DNA from: Ptychomitrium polyphyllum
Lineage: Eukaryota
DNA length: 64,000 nucleotides
Direction of reading: 5' to 3'
NCBI GenBank assembly: GCA_973851085.1
Contig: OZ316775.1
Location: 22,940,001 to 23,004,000, forward strand
The translations under genes were made by a program, and so were the position numbers. The first letter of the stretch is position 1, and each line of letters opens with the position of its first letter. Shown here piece by piece: positions 13,489 to 24,526 of this stretch. Below the pieces are notes generated by a model. The model searched no databases and had not been told where the DNA came from. It saw only the letters and a program-made list of their open reading frames with translations.

Positions 13489-16400
13489 GTTTGGTAAGAT
13501 TATTCTTCATTTTTATCAGAGCGAAGGTTCTTTGAAGAAAATTGTGGATTATCCGTCTTTTTTAGAATTCCATAGCATCTTAGAGGTTGCAGATTACCCT
13601 CCTCTAAGTTGACCACCATAAAGTTGGTTTCTTCTTCTAAAACGAAGTGTTATTTCTTTTAAAGAAGGATCAATTTTTCAAAGGACATGGATTAACCTCC
13701 TTTGAAGGTACTCACAATTTTTTTATTGTTGACAATCTTAAGTAATGAATAACGTGCCTAGAACATTAGAGAATAGGTTAGCAACTATTACAGATTTTTA
13801 AGAGTTATTAAACATAATTGGAATGGAACTTGCTGGCTTCAACACCACCAATAATTTAGAGCAATGCATTTGGCAAGTTGAAGAATCCAATGGCAATATT
13901 CAAGGTTTATATCAAGTGGTTGTTCAATTATAAGAAGCCAATATTAGAAGAGAAGGCTTACATTGAATCCATGCAAAGCTAAAAATTAGTATGTTAGACA
14001 AGTTTGATGGATTAAGATCAAAGTTGAGAGGCTTTGTTTAAGAAATAAGGCTCTTCCTAAGTTTGCATCAATCTTATTATCCTGATGGTACAATTCAAGT
14101 GGGATTTGTAGCCACTCTTCTATCAAATAATATTGCAGTCACCATTATTGAACAACTTAGATGTTTCCATAGCAGCATTGACATCTACTTTTAGAGACAC
14201 CAACCGAGAGAAGGTGGTTGAAAGAAGGATCCAGAGTCTACAACAAGAACAACACTCAGCTACTACATATATTGCAAAATTTTGACAAGTAGCTTGCGAC
14301 CTTGATTGGAATGATAAGGCCTTTGTCACACAATTCCGATGGGGCTAAAGTAAAAATGTAAAGGATTTTTTACTCATAATACTAAAGGTTGAAACATTGG
14401 ACGAATTCATCACTTCAGCAATAGCATATAACAATAGACTTTTTGAAAGGCGCCTAGCATAGTGCTTGGGATGGAGACCAATACATCAAAGTATGGCAAT
14501 CACTTCTTCAAAAGTATCAGAAAGGCAACCACAAAGATTAGAATCTATGCAAATTGATGTTGCCTAGGTTAGATGTTTGACTCTAGAAGAAAATGAAAGG
14601 CATCAAAAAAGAAACCTATGCTTGTATTGTGGCAAGTCTGCATATAAAGTGCACAATTGCTAGATAAAAAGATTTGCCTTTACAGCTCAAAGCATAATAG
14701 TGGAGTTGAAAAATGAGATTGTCCAATCATAGTAGGGACCATGTGACTCAACACCACAAGAAAACGACCGTCAAATCAAGGTCTTTTAGTACCTTTAAGT
14801 CCTACCTCTTGCTTTACGTTTCTTATCAAAATTAAATTGTTAGATGATGAAATAGTTAGTGAAGCTCTTTTGGATACTGGTATAATGGCATGCTGCATGG
14901 ATAAGGATTTTTCAACCATACATCACATGGTGCTTGTGAACAAAAAATTCCATCACCTATTGAAGTTATTGATGGACGATCTTTTGCATTTGGCAAAGTT
15001 ATTGAAGAAATTCAATCCTTGGAGGTTGTTTTAGGAAACCAAACATCTAAGATTGTCTTCAATATCATTTAATGGCAAACAAATCCTATTGTCTTCGGCC
15101 TTCTTTGGTTTGAATTACACAATCTAAATATTGATTGGCATTCATAGAGTGTGGTCTCAAAGAGAAGACGCTAAGGTATAAGAATTCTTGGACCATCACT
15201 TATTATAACTAAGGTATTCATGAGAGCGGCAAAGGATGAACCAATCTATACCATTTATGCCACACCAATGTCCGGCTCTATACTAGAGCCCAATCGAAAC
15301 ATACCTTATCAATATCAAGATTGTAAAAACGTTTTTGAAAAAAAGAATGCGGACATATTACTAAAATATTGGCCTTGCAATTGTGCCATTGAATTACGAA
15401 AAGAAGCCCAACCACCTTTTGGACCTATTTAGAACTTATTACATATTGAGTTGACTACTTTGAGAGAATATATTGATAAAAGCCTTGAAAAGGGTTTCAT
15501 TCAATACTCTAAATCACCTGCTAGAGTGCTCCTTTTATTTGTAAAGAAGAAAGATGGATCATTACGTATATGCATGGACTATCAAGGCTTCAATAAAGTA
15601 ATAAAATAGAATTGCTATCGATTGCCATTAATCTCAGGAGTCCTACAGTAACTTGGCCAAGCAAAGGTATTCACCAAAGTTGATCTTAAGGAAGCCTACA
15701 ATCTTGTACGCATTAAAGAAGGGGGCAAATAGAAGACAACTTTTCAATCTAGTTATGGCCATTTTGAATATAAAGTCATGTCTTTTAGCCTTAGTAATGC
15801 CCCTACAGTCTTCCAATACATGATAAATGATATCTTTTATGAACACTTTGACAATTTTGTAGTCATTTACTTGGATGACATTTTAATATATTCAAAGGAT
15901 GAACAAGACCACGAATGTCATATGCGAGTGGTCTTAGAAAAACTATGCCAGTGAGGATTATATGCCAAATTGGAGAAGTGCATTTTCTACAAATCCTTGG
16001 TTGAATTTTGAAGCTTCATCATTTCCAAAAGAGGAATGCATATGGATGAGAAAAAAAAAAGCACTATCATAGAATGAGTACGCCAAGATCAATTCAAAAT
16101 GTTCAATGCTTCTTGGAATTTGCAAATTTCTATAGGATATTCATTAAAGATTATTTCAAAATTGTGATACCATTGATTCAACTTACAAAGAAGCAAAAAT
16201 TCCCTTAGAATGAAGAAGCGGAAAGAGCATATTAAGGTTTTAAGAAGTCATTCATATTAGCTCCAATCCTTATTCATGCAAATCCATCAAAGCCTTTATA
16301 TTTGGAAGCAAATGCTTCAGATTTTGCGCTTGGCTCAATACTCTCATAATATGATGAAGACGGAAGACTTTACTCTATGGCCTTTTGTTCAAGGAAGTTT

Positions 16401-16510
16401 TTAGCGGCAAAGATCAACTATAGTATACATAACAAGGAACTACTTGTAATTATAGATGCGTTTGAGGAATTGCAACACTTGTTGGAAAGAGCTCAATATA
16501 CCATTGTAAA
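12887..16510 (+). mobile_element. Ty3/gypsy chromovirus-type LTR retrotransposon, copy 1 (5' LTR, gag, PR, RT, RNase H; 3'-truncated, degenerate)
   Basis: Collinear with copy 2 at 16982 onwards. The LTR starts TATTAAGGACATAG (degenerate TGTCACGGACATAG). RT motif YLDDIL at ~15868. Homology stops after the RNase H region at ~16510. Confidence 0.88.
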
Positions 16511-16981
16511 TTAAAATATCGTTTCATTAATTAAAACGATTCCTAGCTCACATGTTTCTTTTTATACTGATGTGTGTCAAGCGTTTTGTAGCATTTGTAA
16601 TGGATCTCTAGCCTATTTAACTTTTAGTGAGCAAATTTAATAGTTGCTATTTTTGGTATCCTAATTAGGGATGTTTAGCTTCAATTATCTTATATAACTA
16701 AGTGGCTAGCAACTACTATAACTAGTGGTCACAAAATGTGAGCCTAATAAGCACTTTAATTTTGGTAGCTCACAAGAAATGTTCAACTTATCCTATGGAT
16801 CTACTAAATTATCAAATGATAACTTTTTGTGAGTGTTTAATTTTCCACTATTTGGTGAGTCACTTGTTTACAAGCCTTAATAAGACCTCCATTTGTCATG
16901 CAATTCTAATATGGGTCTTCTTGTCTAATCAACCACCTTCAAATACTCTAGTTGCAAGAGTAGTTAAGCCTCCAAGCACTC

Positions 16982-17552
16982 TGTCACGGACATAGATCAT
17001 GCAACATAGTCCTTAGAACATTTTAGAACCTTTTAGTATATTATAATAGCTTCTTAGAATATTTTCAGATGTCTCTATAGCCTTTCTAAGTTCTTAGGAA
17101 GCTTCGTAGGAAAGTTCCTCCACCTTAGGAAACTTCCTAAGAAGGTTTTATCATCTTAGGTAACTTCCTAAGAAGGTTCTACCTCTTTAGAAAACTTCCT
17201 AGGAAGATTCTGCTACCTTAGGAAACTTCCAAGGAAGGTTCCAACTCTTTGGAAGACTCTTAGGAAGGTTCCAACATCGTAGAAAACTTCTTGGGAAGGT
17301 TCCCTAGACTTCCAGAACATTCTTAAGCCTTGTACGAAGCTTCTTTAGAAGTATCTTAGGAGATACAAACGTCATAGTATAAATAGGAGGCAAGACAAGG
17401 TATTCCTTAGTTTTGCCAATACAAGTTGTAGATCATCTTGAATCCTGCCTTGTTCTAGTCTTTGTATCAAGTTCTTGTTAATCATTAGCTCTTTGGAAGC
17501 TAATTCTTGGGAAACACTTCGTTTCTGCTTCTTGTTTCTTGTATCCCTAACA
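16982..17552 (+). repeat. 5' LTR of gypsy copy 2 (~571 bp; may extend to 17573)
   Basis: TG...CA ends, TATAAATA at ~17378, 7 tandem ~31-bp units. Its start is repeated at 22946. Confidence 0.85.
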
Positions 17553-20500
17553 GTTTGGCAAGACTACTTTTCATTTTTGTCAAAGCTAAGGTTCTTTGAA
17601 AAAGATTGTGGATTATCCATCTTCTTGAGGATTCCATAGCGTTTTAGAGGTTGTGGATTACCTTCCTCTAAGCTGGCACCATAGAGTTGGTTTCTCCTTC
17701 TAGAACCAAGTATTACTTGTTTCAAAGGACGTGGATTTTCTTCCTTTGAAGCTACTCATAGTCTTTATGTCTTTGAGAGTCTTAAGAAATGGATAACGTG
17801 CCTGGAACATCAGAGAATAGGTTTGCAACTATTGCAGACCTTCAAGAGTTATTAAACACAGTTCGAATGGAACTCGCCTGTTTTAATACCACCAACAATT
17901 TGGAGCAATATACTTGGCAAGCTGAAGAATCCAATGGTGATATTCAAAGCCTATATCAAGAGGTTGTTCGATTGCGAGAGGCCAATATTAGAAGGAAAGG
18001 CTTACGTTGAACCCATGCAGAGCCAAAGATTAATATGCCAGACAAGTTCGATGGATCAAGATCGAAATTGAGAGGCTTTGTTCAACAAGTAAGACTCTTC
18101 CTTAATTTCCATCAATCTTGCTATTCTGATGGCACAACTTAAGTGGAATTTGTGGCCACTCTTTTATCAAACAATACACTATCATTGTTTGCACTCCCAA
18201 TGGAGAAGCAGTCACCATTATTGAACAACTTAGATGCTTTTATAGAAGCATTGACATCTACTTTTGGAGACACCGACCGAGAGAAGGTGGCTAAAACAAG
18301 GATCCAGAGTCTCCAACAAGGACAGCGCTTAGCTGCTACATATGCTGCAGAATTTCGACAATTAGCTTGCGACCTTGATTGGAATGATAAAGCCTTGGTC
18401 ATACGATTTTGATGGGGCTTAAGAGAGAATATAAAGGACTTGCTACTTACAATGCCAAGAGTTGAAACATTAGACGAATTCATTACTCAAGCAATAGCAT
18501 GTGACAATAGACTATTTTAGAGGCGCTAAGAACAACGCTTGGGATGGCGAGTAGTACATCAAAGCATGGCTACCACTTCTTCAAGAATATCGGAAAATCG
18601 ACCACAAGAACCAGAACCTATGCAAATTGATGCTACCCAGTTGAAACGTTTGATTCCAGAAGAAAAAGAAAGGCGTCGAAGAGAAAACCTATGTTTGTAT
18701 TATGGCAAGTCTGGACATAAAGTGCGCAATTGCCAAATCAAAGGATCTGCCTTTAAGGCTCAAAGCACAATGGTGGAGTTGGAATACGAGGTTGTCAAGT
18801 CATAGTAGGGACCATGCGACTGGACACCACAAGGAAACCACCATCAAATCAAGGTCTCTTACTACCTTCAAGCCCTACCTCTTGTTTTACATTTCCTATC
18901 AAAATTAAATTGTTAGATGATGAAATAATTAGTGAGGCTCTCTTAAACACTGGTGCAACAGCCTATTTTATGGACAAGGATTTTGCAACCAAACATCACA
19001 TGGTGCTTGTGAACAAAAAATATCCCGCACCTGTTGAAGTTATTGATGGACGATCTCTTGCATCTGGCAACGTTATTGAAGAAACTCAACCCTTGGAAGT
19101 TGTTTTAGGAGACTAGACATCTAAAATTGTCTTCAACATCATTCAATGCCAAACGAATCCTATTGTTTTGGGCCTTCCTTGGTTTGAATTACATAACCAA
19201 GACATTGACTGGCGCTCACAGAGTGTAGTCTCAAGGAAAAGAAGCCAAGGTACGAGAAATCTTGGACCATCATTTATTGGAGCTAAGGCATTTTTGAGAG
19301 CAGCGAAGGATGAACCAATCTAATGCCATGTATGCCACGCCAATGTCGAGCTCTATAATAGAGACTAATAAAAACATACCTCATCAATATCAAGATTATA
19401 AAGATGTTTTTGAAAAGAAGAATGTGGACATGTTACCAAAGCACCGGCCTTACGATTGTACTATTGAGTTGCAAGAAGGAGCCCAACCACTTTTTGGACC
19501 TATTTATAACTTAGCACAAACTGAGTTGACTGCCTTGAGAGAATATATTGATGAAAACCTTGGAAAGGGTTTCATTCAACACTCTAAATCACTTGCTGGA
19601 GCATCCATTCTATTTGTAAAGAAGAAAGATGGATCATTACGTATGTGCGTGGACTATCAAGGCTTCAATAAATTAACAAAAAAAATCAATACCCATTACT
19701 ATTAATCTCAGCATTCCTACAACAACTTAGCGAAGCAAAAATATTCACCAAAATTGACCTTACAGGAGCCTACAATCTTGTACACATTAAAGAAGGAGAC
19801 AAATAAAAGACAGCTTTTTGATCTAGGTATGGTCATTTTGAATACAATGTCATGCCTTTTGGCCTTACTAATGCTCCCGTAGTCTTCCAACATATGATGA
19901 ATGATATCTTCCATGAACATCTGGAAGATTTTGTAGTCATCTACTTGGATGACATTTTGATATATTCAAAGGATGAACAAGACCATAAATATCATGTGCG
20001 ACTGGTTTTAGAAAAATTACGCCAGCAAGGATTATATGCCAAATTGGAGAAGTGCCTTTTCCATGAATCATTGGTTGAATTTTTAGGCTACATCATTTTC
20101 AAAGGAAGTATCCATATGGATAAGAAAAAAAAAACCACTGTCATGGAGTGGAGTACGCCAAGATCAATTCGAGATATTCAATGCTTCTTGGGATTTGCAA
20201 ACTTCTACAGGATATTCATCAAGAATTATTCCAAGATTGCGGCACCATTAACATGTCTTACGGGAAAGTAAAAATTCATTTGGGATGAAGAGGCGGAAAA
20301 AACATTTCAAAGTCTTAAGAAGTCATTCACGTTGGCTCCAATCCTTATTCATCCAAATCCATCAAAGCCTTTTTATTTAAAAGCGGATGCCTCAAATTTT
20401 GCGCTTGGCTCAGTAATCTCACAATATGATGAAAAAACGTGAGAGTTCGCCCTCTTACCTTTTGTTCAAGGATGTTCTGAGCAGCAAAGATCAACTATGA

Positions 20501-22431
20501 TATACATGATAAAAAACTACTTACAATTGTAGATGCGTTTGAAGAATGGCGACACTTATTGGAAGGAGCTCAACATACCATCACGATATATTTAGATTAC
20601 AAGAACTTAGAGTATTTCATGAGTGCGCGCGTTTTGAATCGCCGTCAAACAAGGTGGAGTATATCGCTTTCCAGATTTGACTTTGTCATTACTTATCGAT
20701 CTGGTAGCTTGCAAGGTAAGCTAGATGCCTTATCTCGAAGATCTTATTTAGCTCCTCAACCTAGAGATGATGTTTTGAATCAACAAAGAACTATTTTATT
20801 GAAGCCTGAGAATCTTCAATTAAAAGCAGCCATTATTACAACAACATTTTATTTTGACAAAATTTGGAAGGCTTTAAAGAATGACATCTTTGTTTCAAAT
20901 ATAAAGAAGCGCCTCAAAGACAATGGAAATCCTTCAAATAACGATGAGGACTTTGAATTCCAAGAGGGCCTACTTTATTATAAAGGACTTTTGTACCTAC
21001 CTCCAAACCCTTTGCGGTTGAAGATCCTTCAAGCACGTCATGATTTTCCAGCAGCACGACATTTTGGATTCAATAAAACAATGAAGTTGATTGCTAGAAA
21101 CTATTGGTGGCCACAAATATGGAAGTACGTGAAGGACTTTATTCAATCATGCGACACTTGTGCAAGAGCCAAGGTACTAAGGCACCAACCTCATGGTCTC
21201 CTCCATCCGCTTCCAGTGCCAAGGGGCCCATGGTTGTCTTTATCAATGGGATTTATCACGGACCTTCCAAACTCTGATTCTAAGGATTCTATTTTGGTAG
21301 TGGTGGATCAATTTACCAAAATGGCACATTTCATTGCATGCAATAAGACGGTAACGGGAGATGAAACTGCCAAGTTGTTCTTAAATCACGTCTACTGCAT
21401 AGTGGACTACCAGATGATATTATATCCAATCGAGGGCCGCAGTTCATTTCCAACTTTTGGAGGGCTCTATTCCAGCTGTTGCATGTAAAAATCAACCTTT
21501 CTTCAACACACCATCAGCAAACTGATAGCCAAACCGAACATGTGAATCAAATTTTGGAACAGTACCTTTGTTGTAGCATAAACTACCAGCAAAACAGCTG
21601 GATGGATCTCTTGCCTTTGGCAGAATTTGCTTACAATACGGTGCATTCTTCAACAACTCAAAGTCCATTCTTTGCAAATTATGGACATCATCCTCGAACA
21701 GATCCATTTCAAGTGAAGCATGTTGGAAGCCCTGCAGTAAAGGATTTTGCAAATCAACTTGCTAAAATCCATCAAGAAATTACCTTCCAGTTACAACAAG
21801 CTCAAGATCGTTACAAAATTTGTGCAGATCGCCATTGGAAGGACCATCCAAAGTTCAAGGTTGGAGATAGCGTATGGCTCCTACAACGAGATATACAAAC
21901 AAATAGACCATCAAAGAAGTTGGACTATCAAAGGTTGGGACCGTTTGAAATCAGCAAACAAATAAATCTGGTTAATTATCGCCTAAAGCTACCACCAAAC
22001 ATACAAATTCATCTAGTATTCCATGTATTGTTATTGGAAACCTATAACAAATCATGTATACCAGAGAGAATTGTCCCTTCGCCTCCTTCGTTGGAAATCA
22101 ATAATGAAATGAAATATGAAGTGGAAGAGATCTTAGATTCACGCATCAAGAACGGATGTGTGGAATACCTTATACATTGGCAAGGATATGGCATCAATGA
22201 CCGAACATGGGAACCTTCAACGAATGTAACAAATGCATCCGAGAAGGTACGCAAATTTCATCAAAGATGTCCTCAGAAACCAGGTCAGTGATGATGTGTC
22301 ATCAGCAGCCGTTAGCTTCATAGAGAAGTTTTTCCTTCATAGACAAGTATAAGAAGGGAGGAGAGATATCCAAACCTCCAATTGTATGCAGCATTATTTC
22401 CAAAATAAATCATTTTTAGATTCTAGCAAAT

Positions 22432-22890
22432 ATGTCAAATCTTTGTGTTATCATGAATATGCGTGAAGAGCAGTCGGCCATGCCTTCATCAACAACAGCA
22501 TCTGTTGAGCCAACTCAACTTTCTCAGCCCTCGGTAATGGAGGATCTAAGTCAAGATATGGAAGGGACATCCCAACGTCAAGTACGACCTCGTGCAAAAG
22601 TATTGACTAGTCACCCTTCACATTCCAGTCTTGATTCAGATGCTCGCGCTCTAGTCATCTTGTTAGAAATTGAAAGAATCACTCCTGGAAGACCCGAAAT
22701 TTTGTTTGGAGGATGTTTTGAAGGACTTAATCAAGACCAGATCTTGGAATGGGACATTTCATTAATAGAAGTCTTGGCTGGTGGCCATTGGCGCTTCTTG
22801 CAAGGACCAGTTGAACCAGTGAATAAAGAACAACGAGCAGAGTATGTTGCTTCACTCCTTCGACAAATTTTGGAATTTGTAAGAATGTGA
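22432..22890 (+). CDS. Additional 152-aa ORF of unknown function between pol and the PPT of gypsy copy 2
   Basis: Uninterrupted ATG-initiated sense ORF lying between the chromodomain stop (22291) and the PPT. Confidence 0.5.
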   Translation: MSNLCVIMNMREEQSAMPSSTTASVEPTQLSQPSVMEDLSQDMEGTSQRQVRPRAKVLTSHPSHSSLDSDARALVILLEIERITPGRPEILFGGCFEGLNQDQILEWDISLIEVLAGGHWRFLQGPVEPVNKEQRAEYVASLLRQILEFVRM

Positions 22891-22945
22891 TAAGTAAGCC
22901 AAGAAAGGAGTTCCTCATGGGACTCATCGCTAAATGGGGAGGTGA

Positions 22946-23257
22946 TGTCACGGACATAGATCATGCAACATAGTCCTTAGAACATTCTAGAACCTTCTAG
23001 TATATTATAATAGTTTCTTAGAATACTTTTAAATGTCTCTATAGCCTTTCCATGTTTTTAAGAAGTTTCTTAGGAAACTTCTTTCACCTTAAGAAACTTC
23101 CGAGGAAGATTCTATCATCTTAGGTAATTTCTTAAAAAACTTCCTAAAAAAGTTCCATCATCTGAAGAAGCTTCCTAGGAAATTCTACCACCTCAGGAAA
23201 CTTTATAGAATGATTCTACCTCTTTAAGAAACTTCCAAGGAAGGTTCCAACTCTTTG
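22946..23257 (+). repeat. Truncated 3' LTR of gypsy copy 2
   Basis: Matches the 5' LTR from TGTCACGGACATAGATCATGCAAC up to ...GGTTCCAACTCTTTG, then switches to copia sequence. Confidence 0.85.
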
Positions 23258-23920
23258 AGCATTTTCAAACCATATAAATTTTGATCCAACTCTTTGAGCA
23301 TCTTCAAACCATATAAATTTCGACTAAGAATGTTATTGGAACCATATTATTCAATTATGCATTGACAAAAACATTATCTTTTGGAATGTTTTCAAAAACT
23401 TCTACAAACTAAACTAAAGGGATTTGCTACAATCTTACAACTTCATATTTTTCAAAGTAGAATTTAGTTGTTGAATGAGATAATCAAACAATAATGGAAT
23501 GCACTTAGAACATGATTCATTATAGAAAGTACCATTTTGTTTTTGGGCCAGAATAGTAAATATTGCTATCTACATTCTTAATTGTATGGCCAAGAACGAT
23601 TTACATGTAACATTTTTGGAAATGTGGAAAAATACCTTGTCTTTTATTTTTGCAGCTTTGGAAGTCCGACTTACGTCTCAAATTCCAAAAGAAATTCGCA
23701 AGAAGCTTGATAGTAAATCTAAAGAAAGCATGTTCTTGAAATATTCTTCTACCAACTATGGAGTTATGACAAAGATCAGTTGATTGCATCTTGTGACGTT
23801 ATTTTTAATGAGGATTCTACACCTCCTACTTCTAAATCTGAATCTACCTCTATAACTTTGGAAACTTTGTTTCCTTATTCATCTAGTTCATCTCTTAAGT
23901 CCTATCTCTTCTGAACCTCC
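23246..23920 (+). mobile_element. Decayed Ty1/copia integrase fragment
   Basis: SNSLSIFKPYK, then GICYNLTTSYFSK*NLVVE*DNQTIMECT*NMIH (compare the copia consensus GI..Q.T.PYTPQQNGVAERKNRTIME), FWARIVNIAIYILN, and IPKEIRKKLDSKSKESMFLKYS. Confidence 0.75.
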
Positions 23921-24526
23921 TAGCCATGTGACAAATCATCTTTCCGTGCCTCCACAAGCACCGATAGCAGAATCTAACTTGAGCCAGAGTTTATATTGTG
24001 TTGTGTCAAATTGCATTCGAGGTAGTAGAAAACAAACCCACCTCAAGAAAATCCGCGACACTCAACCCCCAAATAGGCAGAACGAAAGAAATGAAGCAAG
24101 GTACACACCTCCGAATTGAAAAGCATAGTACGAAAGGAGCACTAAGATGCGTTGAGAGCAAAGCAATGCTCTTCAATCGGATTGTGTTAAGCTTAAGCTG
24201 TATAGAACTGGAGTTTCAGCTAAAGCTTAAGTTAAGTTTAAGACGTGCCAGAGTTACGAACTTTGTAGTTGTAAGTTTCGAATTGATCTAAAAATGTCAA
24301 AGTAGTCAGGAGTAGCTTCAATTACCTATCTGCCTCACTTATCTACCTTCAAAATTAACAAAAGTCACCAATTTTCTTTGAACAGCTGCAAGAATGTTCA
24401 GAAAATTGTGGTGAAAGCTGTTGGTTACTGATAATAGATGGCGTTTCCAGACATTTCGTATCACAGATGACCATATACTATGAACTAAATCGATAGTCCT
24501 ACCAGATCAGAAATTGAGTGTCCTCT

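Larger units (their letters stand above)
16982..23257 (+). mobile_element. Ty3/gypsy chromovirus (Tcn1-like) LTR retrotransposon, copy 2: LTR-gag-PR-RT-RH-INT-chromodomain-extra ORF-PPT-truncated 3' LTR
   Basis: gag 17789-18805 (PDKFDGSRSKLRGF, EPMQID, degenerate CCHC), PR LLNTGAT, RT MPFGLTNAP and YLDDILIYS, INT (HDFPAARH...CDTC, GPF), chromodomain [10 protein letters not shown]...[13 protein letters not shown] (~22113-22260). PPT AAATGGGGAGGTGA at 22932-22945. LTRs begin TGTCACGG at 16982 and 22946. Multiple stops and frameshifts. Confidence 0.95.
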
